The translations under genes were made by a program, and so were the position numbers. DNA of 55,378 nucleotides from Gemmatimonadales bacterium (GTDB lineage: Bacteria; Gemmatimonadota; Gemmatimonadetes; Gemmatimonadales; GWC2-71-9): positions 1 to 55,378 of the forward strand of contig JANNSC010000087.1 in the NCBI GenBank assembly GCA_031402135.1. Direction: 5' to 3'. Below are positions 46,097 to 54,599 of this stretch, piece by piece. Position 1 is the stretch's first letter, and every line of letters begins with the position of its first letter. The notes under the pieces are model-generated. The model was not told the origin of the DNA and ran no database searches. It worked only from the letters and a program-made list of their open reading frames with translations.

Positions 46097-47305
46097 TCAG
46101 GGTGCGACCGGTCCCATCTTCCAGAACGCGATCCCTCCGGCCTGCTGGCCCACATCCACCGTGACCACCTTGGCGCGCGCGGTGAGGTCATAAATATCCA
46201 CCTTGCCAGGTGCGGCACCGACCCCTTCGCTGCTAACGAAGGCGTAGCGCGAATCGGAGCTCACCGCAACGCCGTGGGAGACAGTGGTCGAGCTCTTGAT
46301 CTGGGCCAGACTCCTGCCGGAGGCAAGCTCGAAGATTTCAAACATCGCCCCCTGCTTGAGGGTGGCGAGGAGAAGTTTGCCGTCGGGCGTCACGGCGAGA
46401 TTGTACGGACCCCGCCCGGTCTTGAATCGACGGCTGATCGTCCAGCCGGCGCGGTCCACTTCGAGAATCTCGTCTGCCTTGTTGCACGCCACGAACACCT
46501 TGCCGCCGTCGGCCGAGGGTTGAGCCCAGGTCGGGGAACAGGTGTTGGGGGGCATGGTGTGCTTCATGCCGTCGTACCCGACCTCTGCGGGATCGACCGG
46601 CGGCGTGCCGGCAGGATGGTGCGCCGAGTGCGTCGCCGTCACCCCACCGTCGCCCCCGGCAAGGGGCCCCTCCTTGCCCTTCGCCACCGAGAACCGCCGC
46701 GAAACCTTGAACGAGCGGGTGTCGATTTCGACCAACTGATCGTCCATCATGCACCCGGAATACTGAAAATCTCCGGCGGGGTCGATGCGGCTGCCATGGG
46801 GCATGACGCAGGTCACGATGCGAGCGATCTCGGTCCCGGTCGGCGTGAAGACCACCGACATCGACGAGGGGACCATGTCCCCATGGAGGTTGAAGTTGCT
46901 GGAAATGGTGTAGAGCCCGTCCGGGGTGACGTCGATGGAGGCGGGGAAATTCCCGAGGTGAATACCCGGCCCAACGAGGGTGTCGGGCCCAAGCGCATAC
47001 TTCCAGAATTTGCCATCAGGGAAGCCGTGGCCCGTCGTCAAGTAGAGGTATTTCGCGTCCCGGGAGATGACGAGACCGTGGGGCCCCTCCATCTCGGCGG
47101 CAAGCTCACCGACGGGAATGGTCTTCTCGACCACCGCGCCCGTCGGGCCGAAGCGGATGCGGTGGATCAGGTCCGCGGATTCGGCGCCGACATAGACCCA
47201 GTAATTGCTGGCCGGCCGCGCCGGCGCCGCCGGCTGCCTCGCGGCGAGCGCCGGAGGGGCCAGGAGCAGGCCGAGCAGGAGCGCGGGAAATAGGCCAGGG
47301 GTCAT
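46097..47305 (-). CDS. secreted beta-propeller protein (YVTN/YncE-like repeats)
   Basis: 402 aa with a signal peptide (LLLGLLLAPPALAA) and repeated ...G.GP.GLAVTPDGK.LYV... type blades. There is an internal His-rich insert THSAHHPAG. Confidence 0.7.
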   Translation of the reverse strand: MTPGLFPALLLGLLLAPPALAARQPAAPARPASNYWVYVGAESADLIHRIRFGPTGAVVEKTIPVGELAAEMEGPHGLVISRDAKYLYLTTGHGFPDGKFWKYALGPDTLVGPGIHLGNFPASIDVTPDGLYTISSNFNLHGDMVPSSMSVVFTPTGTEIARIVTCVMPHGSRIDPAGDFQYSGCMMDDQLVEIDTRSFKVSRRFSVAKGKEGPLAGGDGGVTATHSAHHPAGTPPVDPAEVGYDGMKHTMPPNTCSPTWAQPSADGGKVFVACNKADEILEVDRAGWTISRRFKTGRGPYNLAVTPDGKLLLATLKQGAMFEIFELASGRSLAQIKSSTTVSHGVAVSSDSRYAFVSSEGVGAAPGKVDIYDLTARAKVVTVDVGQQAGGIAFWKMGPVAP

Positions 47306-47380
47306 TGAATCCTCGACTTGCGCGACGGGCGGTCAGCGGGTCACTTACGGGATACTCCTACGCCCAGGAACTCTCCGGTC

Positions 47381-49417
47381 ATGAACGTAATACGCGACGT
47401 CCGCCTCGTCACATCTTCCGCGCTGCTGATGGTGTCGGTGCCCCTCGCAGCCCTCCTCGCCCAGCAACCCCCCGCGCCGTCGGTGGTGACGCGACTGGTG
47501 GCCGAGCCCGCCAGCGTCAGCGTGCAAGTGGGAGACTCGGTGCCCATTCGGGTGACCGCGCTGGACGCGACGGGGAAGCCGGTTGTCAACGCGGCGGCCC
47601 GCATCGGCGGTCCCCGGCGATCGGTCTCGGTGGACAACGGGTACCTGAAGGGCTTCGCCGCAGGGAGCTACACCGTAGTCGCGACGTGGAGCAGCGGGGT
47701 CGCGGGCAGCGCCCCGGTCATCCTGAACATCCCGGTTGTGGTGACCTGGCCGCCGCTGACACGGATTGTGGTCCGGGCAGAACCCGGGCGCCTCTACACC
47801 GAGGTTACGCTCGGGCACACCGCCCGGGGCTTCCACGCCAATGGCACCGAGCGCGGGAATCTCGAAGTGAGCTGGCGGAGCTCCGCCCCCTCCGTTGCCA
47901 GCGTCGACCGTTTTGGAACGGTGGCGGGGCTCAAGCCGGGAGCAGTGACCATCTCGGCGCTGGCGGACGGGGTGAGGACCGACGCGCGATACGAGGTGGC
48001 CGACAACCCCGTCACTCAGATCGAGATCGGCATCAAAGACCAGGTGGTGAAAACCGGCGACGTGATTCATCTCGCCGGCACGGCGCGCCGAGCCAACGGT
48101 TCGGCGGTTTCTGATGCGCCGATTACCTGGAGCTTCGTGTACACGCCGGACGACTCGATTCAGGCGCCGGGCGGCTCGGGAATCGTCGACGGAGAATTGT
48201 TTGCCGCGAACCATGCGGGGCGGTACACGATCCTGGCGCAGTCGGGCGCCGCGCATGCGCGTCTGGTGGTGCAGGTGCTCCCGCGCGACGTTCGCCGCCA
48301 GATTTCGATTACCAGTCGAGGCAACATCAGCAACGTGAACACCTCGGACCTGTGGCCGTGGACCGGGGCGGACGGCCGGGATTACTGTCTGGTCGGGACG
48401 TGGGGCGGGGATGGCTGGGCGATCGTCTTCGATATCACCGACCTGGACAATATCGTCAAAACGGACTCCATCAAGGTGGACGCCCGGACGATCAACGACG
48501 TGACGGTCTCGCCGGACGGGCGGTATGGCGCCCTCTCCCGCGAGGGAGCCTCGAACCGGGTGAACGGGGTGGTGCTGCTCGACTTGGCCATTCCGGCACA
48601 TCCGAAAGTGGCCGCTACGTTTGACAAGGAACTCACCGGCGGCGTGCACAACATGTTCGCCACCAACGACCACCTCTTTGCGGTGTCGGGCGGGGCGAAA
48701 TACGTCATCATCGACGTCAAGGACATTTACGCGCCGAAGTATGTGAGCGAATACCGCCACCCAAACGCGCGGCTGCACGATCTGTGGGTGCGCGACGGGA
48801 TTGCCTACTCGGCCCAGGGCGGGGTGGGCACCGTGGTGGTGGACGTCGGGAACGGGAAGTACGGCGGGACGATTGAGCACCCAAAATTGATCAACGTGTT
48901 TCCGGTCAATAGCGGCCACGAAATCTTTCCGTATTTCCAGGCCTCGACCGGCAAGACCTACCTGTTCATCGGCGATGAAGAAATGAGCCGCACGGGGCGT
49001 GTTTGGGAGGGTACCAAATACGGCGGCACGCTGGGGAGGGCAGGAGGGGTGGCGCAGACCTCGGGCGGGTACACCCATATCGTGGACTTTACCGATCCGA
49101 TGAACCCCAGGAAGGTGGCCCGCTACCACGTCGAGGACTTCGGCAGCCATGACATCATTGTGGAGGACGACGTTCTCTATCAGGCGTACTATGACGGTGG
49201 CGTCCGGCTGGTGGATGTATCGGGGGAGTTGCTCGGCAATCTGTACGACCAGGGGCGGGAAATTGCCGTCTTCAAACCCTATGACCCGGAAGGCCGGACC
49301 GCCAACGCGCCGTTCGTGATGAACGCGATGCCGTGGAGAGGCCGAGTGCTCTTCACGGATTTCAATTCGGGGCTTTGGTCGGCGAAACTGGAGCCGAAGC
49401 GGGTGGCTACTCCCTAG
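47381..49417 (+). CDS. secreted protein with Ig-like (Big_2-type) domains and LVIVD-like beta-propeller repeats
   Basis: Start moved to ATG 47381 (signal peptide SSALLMVSVPLAALLAQ). The N-terminal ~280 aa have repeated Big_2-like patterns (VSVQVGDSVPIRVTALDATGKPV; SVASVDRFGTVAGLKPGAVTISA). The C-terminus has repeated HD..V.D..AY.A...GV..VDV blocks. Confidence 0.7.
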   Translation: MNVIRDVRLVTSSALLMVSVPLAALLAQQPPAPSVVTRLVAEPASVSVQVGDSVPIRVTALDATGKPVVNAAARIGGPRRSVSVDNGYLKGFAAGSYTVVATWSSGVAGSAPVILNIPVVVTWPPLTRIVVRAEPGRLYTEVTLGHTARGFHANGTERGNLEVSWRSSAPSVASVDRFGTVAGLKPGAVTISALADGVRTDARYEVADNPVTQIEIGIKDQVVKTGDVIHLAGTARRANGSAVSDAPITWSFVYTPDDSIQAPGGSGIVDGELFAANHAGRYTILAQSGAAHARLVVQVLPRDVRRQISITSRGNISNVNTSDLWPWTGADGRDYCLVGTWGGDGWAIVFDITDLDNIVKTDSIKVDARTINDVTVSPDGRYGALSREGASNRVNGVVLLDLAIPAHPKVAATFDKELTGGVHNMFATNDHLFAVSGGAKYVIIDVKDIYAPKYVSEYRHPNARLHDLWVRDGIAYSAQGGVGTVVVDVGNGKYGGTIEHPKLINVFPVNSGHEIFPYFQASTGKTYLFIGDEEMSRTGRVWEGTKYGGTLGRAGGVAQTSGGYTHIVDFTDPMNPRKVARYHVEDFGSHDIIVEDDVLYQAYYDGGVRLVDVSGELLGNLYDQGREIAVFKPYDPEGRTANAPFVMNAMPWRGRVLFTDFNSGLWSAKLEPKRVATP

Positions 49418-49445
49418 CTCGGAGCGAATGGCGGCTTATTGGCCG

Positions 49446-52052
49446 TTAGCCGCTTTTCGCCTTTCGCTGGAGGTCCGCCAGGGCGTTCAGGGCCTGCAGC
49501 GGGGTGAAGGCATCCAGGTTGAGGTCCCTGAGCTCCGCGAGCGTGGGATCCGGGGCCGGGTCTGCGAACAGCGGCCATTGCCCTGGGTCGGGGTCTTGGA
49601 TGGGCGGTCCCGGAACCACCCGATGTTCGCCCTCAAGGGTCCGGAGCACCGCGTTGGCGCGAGTTACCACCTGCGGAGGGAGCCCGGCCAGTTCCGCCAC
49701 ATGAATCCCGTAGCTTCGGTCGGTGCCGCCCGCCTCCAGCCGGTGAACAAAGACGACCTTCCCACCCACCTCGCGGACCACGACGTTGAAGTTTCGGGCG
49801 TGTTGGAGTTTTTCCGGCAGTTGCATCAACTCGTGGTAGTGGGTAGCGAACATCGTCTTGCATCCCACGGTATCGTGGAGGAACTCGGTGACCGCCCAGG
49901 CGATTGCCACGCCATCGTAGGTTGAGGTTCCCCGGCCGATTTCATCCAGCAATACCAGCGATGCCGCCGTCGCACCATGAAGAATTGCGCTGGTCTCACT
50001 CATTTCCACCATGAACGTGGACTGCCCCTGGGCGAGATTGTCCGAGGCGCCCACCCGGGTGAAGAGTCGGTCCACTACGCCGATGTCGGCCCGCTCGGCG
50101 GGAACGAAACTCCCCATTTGCGCCAGAATCACGCTGAGGCCGATCTGGCGGAGGATGGTGCTCTTGCCGGCCATGTTGGGACCGGTCACCAGCTGAACCC
50201 GGGCGGCACGATCAAATCGTACGTCGTTGGGCATGAAGGCTTCGCGCGGCATCATCCGCTCGATCACCGGATGGCGTGACCCGGTCAGGGCAATCTCAAA
50301 GCCGTCACCGACCGCCGGCCGAACGTAGCGATTGGCCACAGCAGTCTCCGCCAGCCCGGTCCAGACGTCAAGGGTGGCCAGCACCCGCGCGGTGGTCTGC
50401 ACCCGACCGATTGCCGCTCCGACCTGACTTCGCAGCGCCCCGAACAGCTCCGCCTCCCGCTCGGCCATGCGGGCTTCGGCACCCAGGACTTTGGCTTCAT
50501 ACTGCTTGAGTTCGGGGGTGACATACCGTTCGGCGGCGGCCAGCGTCTGGCGGCGCTCAAAATCCGCAGGCACCTTCGACGCGTGGGCATGGGTGACTTC
50601 GATATAGTATCCGAAAATCTTGTTGTAGCCGATTTTGAGAGAGGAAATTCCGGTGCGTTCGCGCTCGCGCTGCTGAATCGACGCGATGTGCTGCTTGCCC
50701 CCATCCCGGAGCGAGCGACTCTCGTCGAGTTCGGCATCGAATCCGGCCCGAATTGCCCCACCCTCGGCGAGCGATGCCGGGGGACGCTCAGTCAGCGCCA
50801 CCGAGAGTTCGGTGGTGAGGTCTTCCAACCGGTCCAGGTTTTCGAGAAGCCCCCCAAAAGGGGACGAGCCGGCGGAACGGTCGGCGGACGAACTGGACCC
50901 AGCCAACGCCGAAAGCGCGTTGGCGGTGGCTGGGAGCCGCAGGAATGAATCCCGCAGGGCGCCGAGTTCACGGGGGTTGGCGCGACCGGCGGCGGCACGC
51001 CCGGCGAGTCGTTCGAGATCACGCACGCCGTCGAGGGCGGCGCGGACGGCGGCCCGGTGAATCGGCTGCTTCACAGCCACCTCGACGGCGTCGAGCCGCC
51101 GCTCAATTTCCCGGGAATCGCGCAAGGGAGAGAGGAGCCACGCCCGCAGCAGCCGCGCACCCATCGGCGTGACGGTGCGGTCGAGAACCTCGAGCAGGGT
51201 CACCCCCTTGGCGCCGGCACGCAGCGGCTCCACCAGTTCCAGGTTTCGGCGAGTCATCTCGTCGAGCCAGAGAAATTGCTGGGAGCGCCGGATGGTCGGA
51301 CGACCAAGGTGGGGTAACCCGCCGGGCTGCAGGTCGGCAAGGTAGCGCAGCAACGCCCCGGCGGCGCCGATTGCCGCCGCAGCGGCCTCTCCCAGCCCGA
51401 GGCCATCCAAGGAGGCGAGGGAAAAGCGCCGGGCCAATTCCTCCCGAGCGAGTTCGGGGTCGAATTCCCAGCGCTCCCTCGTCGTCCGCATCAGCTCCGG
51501 CTCGGAGTGGACCTCGGCGTCCGGGGGTACGACGAGTTCGGCGGGACGCAGCCGGCCCAGCGCCTCATCGAGGCCCGAGGAGGAGGTGAGTTCAAGGAGA
51601 AACTCGCCGGTGGTGAGATCGATGGCCGCGAGGCCGGTCGGACCGGCGGTAGAGGGCGGAAAGATGGCGACAATCCAGTTGTTCCGGCCCCCGGCGATCC
51701 AGCCCTCCTCCAACAGCGCGCCGGGGGTAACGGTCTCCACCACTTCACGACGGACCAGGCCTTTGGCCCTTTTTGGGTCTTCGACCTGTTCACAGATTGC
51801 CACGCGATGGCCATTGGCCACCAGTTGTCGGAGGTAGTCTGCGGCGGCTTTGACCGGGACCCCGGCAAGCGGAACGCCATCGCCTCGGGAAGTGAGCGTG
51901 ATATTGAGCACCCGTGCCGCGAGTTCGGCGTCGTCGAAGAACATCTCGTAAAAATCGCCCATCCTGAAAAAGAGGATCGAATCGCGGTGGCGCGACTTGA
52001 TCTCCCGGTACTGAACGAGGAGCGGGGTGTTCTCAGAGAGGGTGACGCTCAC
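49446..52052 (-). CDS. mutS: DNA mismatch repair protein MutS
   Basis: 868 aa with the mismatch-binding motif FFRMGDFYEMF, Walker A GPNMAGKST and the DEIGRGTSTYDG region. The GTG start overlaps the upstream stop (GTGA). Confidence 0.97.
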   Translation of the reverse strand: MSVTLSENTPLLVQYREIKSRHRDSILFFRMGDFYEMFFDDAELAARVLNITLTSRGDGVPLAGVPVKAAADYLRQLVANGHRVAICEQVEDPKRAKGLVRREVVETVTPGALLEEGWIAGGRNNWIVAIFPPSTAGPTGLAAIDLTTGEFLLELTSSSGLDEALGRLRPAELVVPPDAEVHSEPELMRTTRERWEFDPELAREELARRFSLASLDGLGLGEAAAAAIGAAGALLRYLADLQPGGLPHLGRPTIRRSQQFLWLDEMTRRNLELVEPLRAGAKGVTLLEVLDRTVTPMGARLLRAWLLSPLRDSREIERRLDAVEVAVKQPIHRAAVRAALDGVRDLERLAGRAAAGRANPRELGALRDSFLRLPATANALSALAGSSSSADRSAGSSPFGGLLENLDRLEDLTTELSVALTERPPASLAEGGAIRAGFDAELDESRSLRDGGKQHIASIQQRERERTGISSLKIGYNKIFGYYIEVTHAHASKVPADFERRQTLAAAERYVTPELKQYEAKVLGAEARMAEREAELFGALRSQVGAAIGRVQTTARVLATLDVWTGLAETAVANRYVRPAVGDGFEIALTGSRHPVIERMMPREAFMPNDVRFDRAARVQLVTGPNMAGKSTILRQIGLSVILAQMGSFVPAERADIGVVDRLFTRVGASDNLAQGQSTFMVEMSETSAILHGATAASLVLLDEIGRGTSTYDGVAIAWAVTEFLHDTVGCKTMFATHYHELMQLPEKLQHARNFNVVVREVGGKVVFVHRLEAGGTDRSYGIHVAELAGLPPQVVTRANAVLRTLEGEHRVVPGPPIQDPDPGQWPLFADPAPDPTLAELRDLNLDAFTPLQALNALADLQRKAKSG

Positions 52053-52948
52053 GGCACCTGGACCACAAACGGGGTGCCGCCGAGCCTCTTTCGAATTTCC
52101 GCGGCTGCAGCCTGGGCCTCGACCCGGGTGGCAAACCCACCGGCCCGGATTTTCAGGAACCCCGATTCTCGGGCGATCACGGGGGTGTACCCAGCGCGCT
52201 TGATCCGTGCCGCCTCAGTGTTTGCGGCGGCTTGGGTCCGGACCGCGGAGACCTGAACGTAGAAGCCCCGAGAGCTCTGGCGATCGGGGGTCGGGTCGGC
52301 TGGCGGGGAGGTGCGCCTGGTCGAATCTGCCGCAGCCCGCCGCAGCGAATCCGACAGCGCGATTCGGGTGCTCTCGGCGACCCTGGCGCCGAGCCCTTCG
52401 CAGCGCTGCTTCTGGAACTCGAGGAGATTGCGGAGTTCGACGTCGTTTCCAACGACGGCCAGGCCGGCGTCCGCCATCCGGCAGGCGGCGGCGGCATCCC
52501 GGCGGTCCCCCGCGGCGCGGGCGCCCCAGTACCCGGCCTGGGCTATTAGCGGGCTTCCGGGATAGTCGCGAATCAGCTGGTCGAGTTGCCGTGCTGCCGG
52601 CTCGGTGTTCCCGGCGGTGTAGTCGAGCTGACCGAGATGCAGCAGTGCGTCGTCGGCCCACGCCGAGAGGGCGTAGTCCACCACGACTCGCCGGAGATAG
52701 AGCCGTCGTTCCGGCTCGGTGGCGGCCACCATCCCGGCAGTGAAGAGCGCTTCGGGGTAGAGCGAATCGGTGGCCGCCGTAGCCGCAAGGATTCGGCCGG
52801 CGACGGCTCGCGCCGAATCGGAAAGGCCGTCCTGGGCCAGGCGGACGGCCGCGACGAGGCGAGCGTCAGTCTGTGCGGCCAAGTGGCCGGACTGCTGGAC
52901 GACGGGAACGACAGTGAGCAGCGCGAGCAGGAGCACCAGAGATCTCAT
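52049..52948 (-). CDS. SPOR domain protein with TPR/YbgF-like N-terminal region
   Basis: Signal peptide MRSLVLLLALLTVVPV, a helical repeat region, and a C-terminal SPOR-like GFYVQVSAVRTQAAANTEAARIKRAGYTPVI...LKIRAGGFATRVEAQAA. Confidence 0.75.
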   Translation of the reverse strand: MRSLVLLLALLTVVPVVQQSGHLAAQTDARLVAAVRLAQDGLSDSARAVAGRILAATAATDSLYPEALFTAGMVAATEPERRLYLRRVVVDYALSAWADDALLHLGQLDYTAGNTEPAARQLDQLIRDYPGSPLIAQAGYWGARAAGDRRDAAAACRMADAGLAVVGNDVELRNLLEFQKQRCEGLGARVAESTRIALSDSLRRAAADSTRRTSPPADPTPDRQSSRGFYVQVSAVRTQAAANTEAARIKRAGYTPVIARESGFLKIRAGGFATRVEAQAAAAEIRKRLGGTPFVVQVP

Positions 52949-54015
52949 GCCGCCTCCCGGGCCCGATGGGCAAGATGCATAATCAGATCGAGCAGCACTC
53001 CGCGCTCATCGGCAAGCGTGGTGCTCTTGAGCCGGCGGTCGGCGGCCAGCGCCGCGGCAATTGCCGCGTCGATTCTCTGCCTTGGCCAAGCGTCCACCAC
53101 GCTGCTCCACTTGGCAGCAGATCCCTTGTAGTCGAGCCGACCGGGCGGCCTGGCGCTCAGCACCGACTTGAACACGGCGCCCTGGAGGCCGCCGCCACGC
53201 TGGCCGCGGTCGTAGTGGGCCCGGGCCACTCCGAGCCCGACGAGGTGAGTTCCCAGTTGGATGAGCAGGCCGACGCCGCTCACCCCGGTCTGGTCCAGCA
53301 GGTGGGGCAGCATGGCGGCGGCCGGGCCGGCCTGGTCCTGGAGGACGGAATCGCACCAGTCGGCCGGGGTCTCCCCGTGACGGACTCCCAGAAGGGTGGT
53401 GACCTGTTCGACAGTCACATCGGCGTCACCGCCCAGCCCGGCGAGCTTGTCGAGCTCGCTTCGGGCGGCACCGAGGTCGCCGTCGACCGCCCTGACGAGG
53501 TGGGACGCAGCTTCGGGGGTGAGGACAATCCCGCGTTCGACGGCACGCTTCAGCACCCACTTTTCTGCCAGCTTGGGACTCACCCGCGCCACTTCGACGG
53601 CGCAGGCGAGCTTGGTGAGGTCGACGTCGGCATCGCTACGGTCGTCCTCCCGGCGGGGTGCGCCCTGCAGCAACACCAAGACGGTTTCGGCGGCAGGTTT
53701 CTCGAGGTAATGAAGCACCGCGGTCTTGGCCCGGGCGCGCTTGTTCCACGACTCGACATCGCGAATCACCACCAGGCGGCGATCGGCCATCATCGGGAGG
53801 GTGGTGCAGAGCGCCTCCACCGCGTCGGGGTCCAAGTTGGAGGCGCTGCGCACGTCGTAGTTGAAGTCGCGGAGACCGGGGTCAACCACGGCGTCGAGAA
53901 TTGCCCCGAGGGCCTCGTCCTTTAACACATCTTCCTCCCCGTAGAGATAGATGGCTCGGGGAATCTCTCCGGCCTTGATTTGCCGGGAAAAGGCGTCGAA
54001 GGGGGTCTTGGGCAT
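52945..54015 (-). CDS. holA: DNA polymerase III delta subunit
   Basis: Start moved to ATG 54015. The sequence IYLYGEEDVLKDEALGAIL... and overall length of ~356 aa fit HolA. Assigned by pattern, not by strong motifs. Confidence 0.8.
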   Translation of the reverse strand: MPKTPFDAFSRQIKAGEIPRAIYLYGEEDVLKDEALGAILDAVVDPGLRDFNYDVRSASNLDPDAVEALCTTLPMMADRRLVVIRDVESWNKRARAKTAVLHYLEKPAAETVLVLLQGAPRREDDRSDADVDLTKLACAVEVARVSPKLAEKWVLKRAVERGIVLTPEAASHLVRAVDGDLGAARSELDKLAGLGGDADVTVEQVTTLLGVRHGETPADWCDSVLQDQAGPAAAMLPHLLDQTGVSGVGLLIQLGTHLVGLGVARAHYDRGQRGGGLQGAVFKSVLSARPPGRLDYKGSAAKWSSVVDAWPRQRIDAAIAAALAADRRLKSTTLADERGVLLDLIMHLAHRAREAA

Positions 54016-54047
54016 GGCGAAAACTACCGGGAACCGGGGATGGACGA

Positions 54048-54599
54048 CTAGGGACCGGTCCGGACGAAGCAATTCACGTACATGAGGGCACAGAGGCTCT
54101 TGCCGTCCCGGATTTTGCCGGTCCGGATCATCTTCCCCACCTCGCTCCAGCGCTTCTCGTGGACCGTGATGAATTCATCGGCCTCCCGTGCCAGCGCCAC
54201 CGGGCCGAGCCCGGTGGCGAGGTAGAGGTGGATTCGCTCGTCGGTAAACCCCGGGGTCGTGAAGATCGTGGTAAGGCGTTGGAGGGTGGCCGCTTCCATG
54301 CCGGCCTCTTCGGCGAGTTCCCGACGGGCGCAAGCATCCGGGGTTTCACCGGGGGACAGGGTCCCCGCAGGGACCTCCCAGAGGAGTCCGTCGGCGGCGT
54401 GGCGGAATTGATGGATCAGGAGGACTCGCGGGTTGGGGCCCCCGGGATCATCGAGGAAGGGCACCACGGCGGCGGCGCCGGGGTGCCGGATCATCTCAAG
54501 ATGGCCGGTCGAACCGTCCGGGAAGCGGACGGTATCGTGGTCGACATGAATAATCCTGCCGGAGTAGCGGCGTTCCGACTGAAGCAGCGCCATCGTCAC
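54048..54599 (-). CDS. NUDIX hydrolase (ADP-ribose pyrophosphatase-like)
   Basis: Nudix box GTLSPGETPDACARRELAEEAG (Gx5Ex7REUxEExGU). The N-terminal YSGRIIHVDHDTVRFPDG is typical of NudF-type enzymes. Confidence 0.9.
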   Translation of the reverse strand: MTMALLQSERRYSGRIIHVDHDTVRFPDGSTGHLEMIRHPGAAAVVPFLDDPGGPNPRVLLIHQFRHAADGLLWEVPAGTLSPGETPDACARRELAEEAGMEAATLQRLTTIFTTPGFTDERIHLYLATGLGPVALAREADEFITVHEKRWSEVGKMIRTGKIRDGKSLCALMYVNCFVRTGP

